DNA from: a virus
Taxonomy: Duplodnaviria > Caudoviricetes
IMG/VR virus record: IMGVR_UViG_3300030048_000005
Coordinates: 1-49,463 of that record
Strand: one strand, 5' to 3'
Length of the DNA stretch: 49,463 nt
The notes beneath the pieces were generated by a model. That model did no database searches. It was not told the DNA's origin and was given only the letters and a program-made list of their open reading frames with translations. The position numbers were made by a program, and so were the translations under genes. This document shows positions 1-12,000 of the stretch, piece by piece. Numbering within the stretch: position 1 is the first letter of the stretch; each line of letters starts with the position of its first letter.

Positions 1-48
1 GGGAAAGTAAATACAGGAAAATCAACAATAACAGGTAACATACGATAA
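1..48 (+). CDS. 3' end of an upstream gene (partial), probably a virion/ejection protein
   Basis: Frame 1 is open from the window edge (GKVNTGKSTITGNIR) to TAA at 46-48, 2 nt before the next ATG. Confidence 0.5.
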   Translation, partial: GKVNTGKSTITGNIR

Positions 49-50
49 CT

Positions 51-3000
51 ATGCCAGATATTCAACAATCATTATTGGATTTTGATGCAACTATCAAAGC
101 CAAACCCAACTTAACCACAAACGAATTGATGGCTAAGTTTCCTGAGTTTAATAACGATCCAAAACTATTACAAGCAGCACACGACTATTCGGCCACGTTG
201 AATGCCGGAAAATATGATCAACCAACGCTGAACAGTAAGTTTCCTGAATTCTTTGGACAAAAAACACCAATGGCCCGACCAGAAGAACAAAACTTTATGT
301 TTCAGGGAATACCACAACAGCAGCAAGCGGTAAACGGTAAGCAGGAAGCAAAACCATTGACAGATAAAGAAGCGAAGAAAACTATTTATGGTGGAATGCC
401 AGGAGTAACCAAAATAGGTGATGTTTCTATATTGCCTACAGGTGGCGGTTATCAGAATACCAAAGGAAAAGCAAGTGTAGAAGAACTTCCTACACAAACA
501 AAAGAAGTTGCGGTACCTACACAATCGGTTTATGGAGATGCACCACAACTGAAAGTACAAACGATCACCACCGATCCTGATGCACCGGTGAATGATTACG
601 TGCCGAATGAATATGAAAAAGCCATGTTCAAACAAGCTCAGACTATTTCGAGAGGAGTAACAGAACAGGAATTCAACCCACAATTCTATAAAGACGCAGC
701 GCAAGGAGCTATAAATTCTTTGGCCGGAATTGGTGGATCCTCATTAAAAGGGATTGGAGATATAACGAGCAAAACCGAAAGTTTAGCCGGAGTAGACTTT
801 TTTGATAGTTATGGAAAAAAAATTCAGGACCTTGGAGAAAAGGCCAGTAACTACGCACGTAAAAACTCAAATTATTCACCCGGTCAGAAAATAGGCGGTT
901 TATTACCACTTGCCGGTGCTGCAGTTGCGGATATAGCATCCGGTGGAGCATTGACACCCGCTATAACAGGCGTATTTGCAGCGTCAGGTTATGGCGATGG
1001 ATTGGAAATGTACGACGAAGTAAACAAAGGAAAAGAAACCAACGAATATGCACGCACAGGCGCGGGACTACTTTACGGAGCAGTAATGGCCGGAGCAGCT
1101 AATTATTTGGTAGGTAAAACCATTCCCAAAGGTCTTTTATCAGAAGCCGTACAATCCGTATTCAAATCAAACCCTGAATTGTTGCGGACAGGCGGTGAAG
1201 CCGTTATGAATTCATTTGCAAAAGCGCAACCATCCATAGTAAAACAACTCATGCGAAATACACTGCATGGCGTTGGCACCATGGAAGCAATGGATTTGAG
1301 TAAAAATGCCATTGATGAAATTTATGGTAAACATCACGATCTGAAAGACTGGATTAATACAGCTACAGAAGCAGCAGTAACCGGAGCTATCTTTTCGGGG
1401 CTTACTTCTCCATTCTCTATTCATGCACAATCGAAAGCTAACATAGAACGCAGAAACGCACAGGGACAAGTAGCAATCACTTTTGATGAAAAAGGTAAGC
1501 CGGTGGAGATACTAAGTGGTAACAAAGGATTGACACCCGAAGGAAAAGAAGTAACCTTGTCGGAAAACAGTTTGAATAATGCTTATAGCATGACCACTAC
1601 TGATTTCAACAATGCGTTGAAACAATATGCTACGACAGGAAAAGCAACCATCAACGAGAGAGATGTGTTTTCGAACAAAGTAGCCGGCACATTGACAAGA
1701 CTTGCAAACAATGGAAATGTAACCGTGGCCAGAGATGAAAACGGAAATGCATTGTATGTGATTGGAAAGAACAATGACGGCCTAATGGGAATGGATGTAA
1801 GCGGTAATGTTGTGAATATACCGAAAGAATCACCTATGGAGTCGGCCAACATAGCTGACGTGCATCAATCGATCCTACACGAATACGACAAGCGTAACGC
1901 ATTTTATCAAGAACCAACCTACCAACAAGCTATCAGTAACCCTGAAAGCATTGTAAACCCAACTATACCTACTGACGTGGATGTTATGAACCCACAACCA
2001 CACATTGAAACAGGTATTAAAGCTGCGGAAGCTAAACGGGTAATGGATGAACAGTTGAACGGTTTAGGAATACAGTTTGATAATACAGTGCTTACACTTG
2101 AACCAGAAGCAAAAAAACAAGTATTGGCAGATGTGATGAATGATGCACAGCTCAATGAACTACAAAAACAATCGATCATCAATTATTTGTCGACTACATC
2201 AAAATCTATACAACTTGAAAACGCTGCACAGGAAGCATTGACAACAAAATTACAGCAAGCACAACAACAAGTTGAAAAATCGGTGAACCCTACTACCGGA
2301 ACAGTTGTAACCGCGCGTATAAAAGGAGGAGATGAAAATGAATCATTCCCTGTTATTTCGGGATTGGCCGTAACGAAAGACGAAAGTAAACAAGACCAAC
2401 CGTGGATGGTTGATCCTGAGAAATCAGAACAAGCCGTTTATTATAAAGATGCTGACGGCAAAACGCAAGTTACTACAGCCGATAATATGGAAGTGGTTAG
2501 CAATGCTACTCCGTACGAACAGTTGGCTATGCTACAAGAGCAATATGCGCAAGAAGATGCAATGAGACAACAGGCGATACAGGAAGGAATGCGCACTTCG
2601 ACAAGCTCAGTGACCACCCCTAAATCCCCTGAAGGGGACTTGAAGAGCCAAGTTTCCGAAAATGATGTAACCAATGATCAGCCAGTTTCAGATTATACTG
2701 CTGATGAGTTTGTTCGTTTGAAAGATGGAACGTATGGTACCATTACGAATGTGACACCGGAAGGATATGAAGTAACGGCAGAGAATGGTACTTCTAAAAT
2801 GGTTGCGGAAAGTGACATACTACCCGAAACACAGTTGCGCGGATTATCATCCGGTGACACGGTGAGTTATACAACTTCGACAGGCTCAGTGGCCGAAGGT
2901 ATACTTCAGATAGATCCAACATTGCGGAAAGAAGGAAAGATATTGGTGAATGATGAAGAAATAAACATTGATCAGTTATCTACCCCTAAATCCCCTGAAG

Positions 3001-6000
3001 GGGACTTGAAGAACCAAGTTTCTGAAAATACTGGGGACGTTGTGGACAATGTAGACGATGTAAAAAATACAGTTGATAATACGCCACAATATCCGGTATT
3101 GAGAGATGGAACACCGGATTTTAATGCGATGAGTGATGTACAGACATTCAATTATCTGAAAGAAACGGAAGGCGAAGAAAGTGCAATTTCGGCCATTAAA
3201 CAAGTTGTAAAAAATACGCAAAATGAAATCCAAACTAATAATCGCGCAATTGACAAGTTCAACAAAGAAAAGTATTCCCGTACTAATAAAGCTAAGACAC
3301 TTCAAGCGATTGCGAGCATTAAAGCAGGCCTTAAATCCGAGGAAACAAAACTAAATGAAAAGAAGGTAGAGCTTGAAAAACGATTGGAAGAGTTGAATAA
3401 TTTAGTTAGTAGTAAGCAGTCGGTAGTTAGTAGTAAGCAGTCAGCAGTAAAAGAACCCCTTTCTCCTAAAGAGGAACAAGAAAACCAAGTTTCTGAAAAT
3501 ATGGGTGACATTGTGGACAATATTGACAATGCTGATGCTATTAAGACTATTGAACCATCTATTGAAGAGTCGGTGCCGGTGCGTGAGAAACAAAAATCTA
3601 CTCAGATCAATCCATGGGATAAACGACTGCAGAACTTAGGTGAATATTTGGACGTTGAAGATTATGTGTTGCGGTCGATAGCCGGTGGTATGAAATTTAA
3701 GTGGACCGGTGACGGAGTAAACAAAGGATTGGGTGATGAGTTAGGACTTGCATCTTCTGCCGAAGAGAAAACAGCACGTAAAGGAATACTCAGTGATGAC
3801 GGTATTACCCCACAAGAATTTGCCCATGCAATATGGGACGAATATGGTGGTGAAAATAATAACGGACGTATACCCGGACTTGATAAACTTGAAAGTCAGG
3901 ATATACTCAACTTTGTATTGGATGTGGCCAACAGCACACAGACCAAAAGTGAAGCATTGAAAAAATCGGAAGAAAAGCATAAAAACCTAGACCTTAACGA
4001 AGAAGATTATTCAATATATCAAAGTTTCACCCCCGAAGAATTGAATTACCTGGAACAAATTCCGGATGATATACTATCATCTTATATTGGAATTACTAAC
4101 TTTACACCCGAACAACTTGATTTAATTACTAATTTACAAAACGAATACTATGCAAACAGACAAGAAACAACCAACAACGGACAAGTTGACGAACAATCAG
4201 CGAGTACAGGCACAGGTGAACTCAGTGAAGGAATTGCGAATGAAGAAGGATCAGGATCAGGCGAAGGCACAGGACTAACACAAGCCGAAAGAGATACCAA
4301 AGAACTAGACGATTACATAGCTGAGCAAGCACATAATACCAATCCAACTGAAAAGCAAAAGGAAACTGGTATTTATGCCAAAGCTCGTGTGAACCTACAG
4401 CACCACAATATAACCATTGAAACGCTGAAAGGTACAGAACGTTCAGGGATAGACGAAGGCGGTCAGAAATGGAGCGTAACCATGCAAAATCACTATGGTG
4501 AGTTGGATGGTACGATAGGTTACGATGGTGATCCTATTGATGTGTTTATTGGTAATAATCCGAAAGAGGGAGGGATTTATGTTATTGACCAAATAACCCC
4601 TGCTAACCCCTCCGCTTCGCTCGTCCCCTTAGAAATAGGACAGTCGGGACAAGAAACTAGTAAGTTTGATGAAAGTAAGGTGATGTTAGGTTTTGACTCA
4701 GCAGAGGAAGCCAAAGCAGCCTACATGAGTAACTATTCAGAAGGATGGGATGGATTTAGTGCCATTACTCCTGCCGGTGAAAAGTTCAAACATTGGTTAT
4801 ACGATGGAAAGAAACAACGCAAACCATTTAGTGAGTATGTAGATACGCCGGATGCAGTTGATGCTTCGACAAGCTCAGCAACCAGTTCGACAGGCTCAGC
4901 AACCAGTGAAGAAAATATAATTGATAACGAAAAATCGATTTCATTAATTCCTGATTCATTTACTGTACAATCATTCAATGACTTTGAAAATCAATTCAAT
5001 AACGGAGAAATAACCTTAGATGCGTATAAAAAAGCATTTGAAGTACTTCGTAGTAGTAAAGATGCAATAATTTCAGAACTTAATACTAAAAAGAAGGATG
5101 AACTTATTAATAGTCTTAGTTCATGGAGCAGATATGCAGCAAAAAGTGAAAAGAAAGATCGTATAGTAAAAGCTATTTACGATGATATGCTAATGACATT
5201 CACTTTCGGTTCTATTGAATATGACTTTACGACTCCACATGATGTAATGATAGCACGAAAAGTAGCACGTGCAACACAATCGGACATTGATAACCACGTA
5301 GCAGAAGTTCAAAAACAACGTGATATTTACAAACAACGTTTAGAAGAGTTCAAAAAAGCACTAACTAATCCGGAAACATTACCAGAATTCAAAATATTTA
5401 TTGATAAAAATGGAATTGGTAAACTTTCGTTAGAGCAAAAAGCGAAATACGATGAACTTGTAACTGACAGAACGAAGGAAATTCGTAAACAAAACAATGA
5501 AACGCAAGCACAAGTAAGTAAAGTTGAAGGTGTAAGTATGAGCGATGTTATTGATTCGAAACATACGAAGACCGGTGCCCCATTATTTGTGGTAAAATTG
5601 AATGATAGAGTAGATAAAGACACGTACTACGAACTTAATTCAAAAGCAAAGAAATTTGGTGGATCCTATTCCTCCTATAATAAAGATGGAGCAATACCAG
5701 GATTCCAATTTAAAACACGTGAAGATGCTGAAAAATTCAAAGGTTTAGAAACTGAAAACGTATCAACCATAAACGAAACCACTCAGGAAGATAAAATTCA
5801 GAACAGAGTTTCAAAACTTCGCGATAACGCCAATAAGATGATTGAAGCAGCCGAAACGGAACTAAACCGTGAGCGACTTACAAACACTTCTAAACGTGCA
5901 AGCGAAGCCGGGCGTATGGATGAAAGAGCCAACGAACAAAAACGTATTGCTCAAACGATGCTTAATATATCCGATGCCATTGATCGTGGTGATGTAAAAC

Positions 6001-9000
6001 TATTGGATGGAATTAATGCAAAAACTCACATTGAACTACTTGATGGATTAATTCAACAGGCGAAATATAAAGAACTGAACGAAAAGTATTCAGAGTATTC
6101 AGAAAGACAGAAACACCAGGGTGAACCTGCTACACTTGAAACACTTGAACATTTAAGAGGTGGGTATTACCCGAGTCTTTATGTTTCCAGATTAAAAGAC
6201 CTGATAAAAGAATCACTTACGAAACCAGGAGTAAAAAGAATTGCAACTAAGTGGGAGAAGAATTTAGCGAAGTTTAAAGAAACTGAAAATATAAGACTGA
6301 CATCCGACACAGCAGTTCAGGAAATTCAAGACATGTTGAATTCATCAAATGAAAAATACTTCTTTGATCCAATTAAAAACAGTCTTGCAGACCATAAGCG
6401 ACTTAAAGCGATGGGAATTGAAAATGATTCCATGCTTCGTTCTGCATTACGTGAATACATACAATATCGTGGAGTAAAAGGTGAAGTTGACAAAGTAAAA
6501 CAACTGGAACGTGCTTTAGTTGGTAAGAATGTAGGTATTGACTTTTTCCCAACGCCTAAAAAGGTAGTTAGCGAAATGTTGGACTATGCGGATATTCAAG
6601 AAGGAATGAGCGTACTTGAACCATCAGCCGGTAACGGAAACATAGCCGATGCAATAAAAGAACAAGGAATAAAACCCGATGTAATTGAAATATCTAATCC
6701 ATTGCGTGAAGTATTGAGTGCAAAAGGATATAATTTGGTTGGAGATGATTTTATGGCATTTTCAGGACAAAAATATGACCGGATAGTAATGAACCCACCT
6801 TTCGGAACATCGACTGATATTGACCACGTATTGCATGCTTATGACCTATTAAAACAAGATGGAAAGTTAGTAGCTGTTATGAGTGAAAGCACTTTCTTTA
6901 GAAATGATGCTAAATCAGTAAAATTCCGTGAATTCTTAGATAATAATGGATCTGAAATTATAGATGTTGATGCAGGAGCATTTAATGACAGAACACTTTT
7001 AAATACTACAGGAGTAAAAACACGTATTGTTGTTATTGATAAAAATGACAATCATGTATCATATCAAATCAACCCTAACGACCTTATAAAAAATAACGTA
7101 TCTTTGCGTGATGATTTTTCTACAGTAGAAGAAAAGCATGCAGATAGAGTATCATTAGTTCGTGAGGTTGAAGGATCCTTTGGTTTTAAAGAATCGTATG
7201 TTCCAAAAGACAGAGAAGATTTTATTCAGAAATTATCTGAATATTCTGTTTTGAATGAAAGAGAGAAAGTACTTATAAATTTAGGATTAATCGGAGGATC
7301 AGAAACAAGTGATGGTATTATCATTAATGCCATGGATGCCAAAACTGAAAAAGCACTGGCCACAACTATATTGCATGAAAATACCCATTCGATAGTACAT
7401 GAAAACTTCACTTCAGAAGATTTTGATGCTGCAAAGGAATATATGTCGGAGTTAGAACCGATTTATCTGAACGATATTGAAATACAAAACTATAACGAGG
7501 ATCAGAAAGCCGATGAAATAATGGCCTATGCTACTCAGGAGCTTTTGAATAAAAATTCTATTCAGGATATTATCAATGGAACTGTAAATTATAGTTCAGT
7601 ACATGAACAAATTCAACCCCAAATTCAAAAAATAGTAAATACAATACAAAATGAAAACAATTCATATCAATCTAGGAACAGCACCATCTCAGGTAAACCT
7701 GACGGACGAAGAGTATCAGGCACTTCAACAACTTTTGGAAAAAGAAAATACCCCAGTAGACCCAGAAAAAATGAAGGATCTGATAATAGAAGCAGTGACG
7801 ATGCTTCGGCAAGCTCAGCAACCAGAGACACCATCGACATCGACGGAAAACAGCGAAGTACCACCAATAGTTTAGGAAAACCGATACACAGTACCGAAGA
7901 AGGAATACGCAATTTCTGGAAATGGTTTGGTGATAGCAAAGCAGTTGATAATTCAGATAGACCATTAATTGTTTATAGAGGCACAAAAACAGACCAAGGA
8001 TCTATAATTGGTAATGGTAAAACACCTATATTTTTCACAGATAATTTAGAAGCTGCCAAAAACTATGCAAATGGAATGGGATTCAGTAAACCTGAAAACC
8101 CTACTATTATTGAAGCGTATTTAAAAACGCTTGATCCTAAAATTGAAGATTTTGAGGGAGAAGAGGACAACAATGTTATTTGGAATGCAGAAGATTTGAT
8201 TCAGTCAAAAGAAAACGACGGATATTTTGCCTTAAATACCAATGATGGACAATTTGAATTAAATCAGTATATTGTATTCTTACCTACTCAAATAAAATCA
8301 GCTACCGGGAACGATGGATCGTTTTCTCCGGATACATCGGATATACGTTATCAGATAATAGGTGAAAATGGAGCTGAAATGCTTGATGCTTCGACAAGCT
8401 CAGCAACCGATACCGAAGCAAGTACCCGTTTAAATGATTTGAGAGTAGCTAAAGAAATGGAAGCTACGAAGACACCACAAGAAATACGCCTGGCAACCGA
8501 TTGGGAAAAGGGAGTAGATGGAAAGTGGCGGTATGAAGTGGCGGACGGAAAACTGAGCGGTACGCTGACCAGTGAACCAGTATCATTGTCGGAAGTATGG
8601 AGTGATGAACAATTGTTCACTGCTTATCCGCAATTGAAGGAAATACAAATTAATGTAGAACCTTTCAACGGAAAATATTCAGCCATGAATTTTCCTGACG
8701 AAAATAAGATAACCGTTTACCAATCGCGTAACGGAAGCATTCCACAAAGTGCTAATTCATTTATTACACACGAGATACAACATTCTATTCAGGAGATAGA
8801 AGGTTTCTCGTTGGGATCCAATATCGACGTTGAGATAGATAAGGTAAATGCCAAAGCTAATAACCTTAGTTTTGAAGAGTACAAAGATGCTATTTCATCG
8901 TTTGAAAAAGAGCTTGAGAACAAAAAACAAGAGTTGGACCAAATCAATAATTCGAAAAGGTGGAATAAGAGTTGGAAAGCTGCCGGCGTAGAAGTTGAGA

Positions 9001-12000
9001 TAAACAAACTGAAAGCCGAACTTAAAAAACTTGTTAATACCACTTCATCCGAACAAGAAGCATTTGACAACTATCGTAAGTCGGCCGGAGAAGTAGAAGC
9101 ACGAAATGTACAATCGAGACTGGAACTTACGACGGAAGAACGCCGGAATACGTTACTTGCGGAAACGGCGGATGTGAAACCTGAAGAACAACGCTTCGAC
9201 AGGCTCAGCGACCCTGCTTCGACAAGCTCATTACCCGAATCAGTGACCAAACCAAAATATGCTGCATCCTTATCCGATTATGCAGCACAAATAGTGAAGT
9301 ACAACGATGAGATTAAAGCTATTGAGGACCGTAAGAAAGAACTTAAGAAACAGCATGAAGATAAACAGATAAGCAATTTAGATTTTTCCAAAGAGGTAAA
9401 GAGCCTTAATGAAGAGAAGTTTGACTTAGAGACGAAGGTGAAAAGGATTGAAGCCGGGACAAGTAAGCCGGAAGACTTTGCTTCGACAAGCTCAGCAACC
9501 GCGACAAGCTCAGCAACCGATGGTTCGACAAGCTCACCAACCGCGACAAGCTCAGCAACTCCCACTTCGACAGGCTCAGTGTCCAGGAAGTTGGCACGGG
9601 AAGCGGGAAATCCGATAACGGAGAAGTTGCGTGATGAGTTGGATAATAAGATGGAACGTGGGATATCAAAACTTACGTTTGCCATACAAGAAGCGTATCA
9701 GGATCAGCACATAGCCGTGAAGCATTTTCAGGATGTACTTATTAATAATGGGTTGAAGATTACGCCGATCAATGATTGGTATATGCGTTCCACTTCATTG
9801 GGTGGAATGAATGACTCACAAATGGATGCTTACGAACACCGGTTCAATCTTCCTATTATGAAAGAAGTGAACCGTATGGAAAAGATATCCAGTTACCGTG
9901 ACATTGAAAACTACATGATGTTGAAACACGGAATCGAACGTAATGAGTGGATGGATAGACAACGATTGATAGAATGGGCTAATAATTGGAAAGTTTCAAA
10001 AATAAAATCAATTGAGAAACCATCTGATCCGCTTGAAATGGTTGATTATGATAATAAAATATCGAAGATTGATGAAAGGTACAAAGAAAGAGTTGCTTTG
10101 ATCAATAAAACACCTGAAGAAGTTGAGAAACATTGGAATGATTGGCTTGAAGAAAAAATAAACAAGCTAAATACTAACGAAAAGTACAAGGAGATTTGGC
10201 TTACCTCCACTTCGGCAAGCTCAGTGAACACGGCAGGCTCAGCGAACGCGACAAGTTCAGCGAACGCGACTTATGCAGACTCAGAAGCCGTTGATGAATA
10301 TGCACAGAAAATTGAGAATTTGACTAATCAAGCTAAAAAACGACTTGAGGAAACAAAGATCGATTCTACAAAAGACTATTCCGGTATTACTGCCATTGAG
10401 GAAGAAGTGGAAATTCCGGCCAAACAGTATATTGACGAATTTGAAGCCAAGCAAGATACTGCCAAGTTTTGGGACTTGATAAACAAATCTACCAAAAACG
10501 CCTGTAAAGTACAGTTTGAAAACGGAATGATAGACAAAGAAACCTTTGAAGATTTGAAAACAAGGTTCCAGTACTACATACCGTTGCGAGGATTTGACAA
10601 AGAAATAGCCGAAGACAAATACGATTACAGTCCGGATATGGGAACACACTTTGTGGCACCACTTATCAAGGCCAAAGGACGTACTTCGCGCCCTGAAACA
10701 CCATTCGCGTATATTTTCTCTATGAATCACAGTGCCATTACACAAGCCAACAAAAACAATTTAAATCAGGCATGGGTACGACTGGCCCGACAAGATAAGT
10801 CCGGAATGCTAACATTGAAACAAGCCTGGTACAAGAAAGTAGGCGAAACAGACGATAAGCAACCTATCTGGGAACAACAAAGTCCGGAATGGAATGCAGA
10901 TCCGGAACAATACGCTACGAACATAACCAAGTTTGAAGCCGATATGCAAACATTGGCCGACAAAGGAGAAGCAATGCAGAAACGCGGTAAACTGGATATA
11001 GGATTGTTTGTAAAACCAAAACAAGCCAAACAGCACGAAATACATGTTTTTGAAAACGGTACAGAGCAAGTGGTGTATATAAATGCCAACCCAAAAGTAG
11101 CCCGTGCCATAAACGGAGATAACCGGGTAGAAGCCGGTAAGTTCTTCGACGCAATTTCCGTAGTACAACGATGGATGGCAGCCAACTTTACATCGCGCAA
11201 TCCATTATTTATGGCCACCAATCTTGAAAGAGACTTGACATTTGCTACAACTACGTTGGGAGTAAAAGAAGGGTTGGCCTATCAAGCTAATTTTATCAAG
11301 AACATACCCGTTTCCATCAAAGCCATTAGTAGCATGATGATGGGAAAAGGATCTGTAAAAAATAAATACGACCAATACGCAGAAGAATTTGTAATGAATG
11401 GCGGTAAGACAGGATATACCCATATTGTAGAAATAAAACAAGTTCAAAAACGAATAGAAGATGAAATAAAAAGCGGTAAAGTACATGAACCGTCGATGAT
11501 ATTCAAGATTTTTGAAGTTGGAAATTTAGTTGCGGAAAATACAACCCGTTTGGCCACTTATATCACTTCGAGAGAAGCAGGACGAACCATACCGGAAGCC
11601 GTAAATAATGCCAAGGAAGTAACCGTAAACTTCAACCGAAAAGGAAGTGGAGCGTTAGGAGCTGACGAAATGCGAAAATCATTCCTATTTTTCAACGTTG
11701 CGGTACAAGCATTGGATAATATGGTAAAAACAACTAAACAGCATCCATGGAGAATGGCAGGACTGTTGGCTTCGTTTGTAGCTACCGGAATACTTGCACC
11801 AATGCTCACACAACTTTTGGGAGGAGATGAAGCCGAAGCAGCATACAACAACCTATCCGAGTGGGATAGACAAAACAACTGGTGTATATGGACCGGTGAT
11901 GGTTTTGTGAAATGGTCATTACCACAGGAGTTGCGCGTATTCCATTCGTTAGGTGATAATATCTACCGGAGTATACAAGGAAAAGTGAGTACTACTGAAC

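Noticed and set aside
9481-9584. CRISPR-like array
   Set aside because: Units are adjacent with 0-4 nt between them, there are no unique spacers, they lie within an ORF, and no cas genes are present
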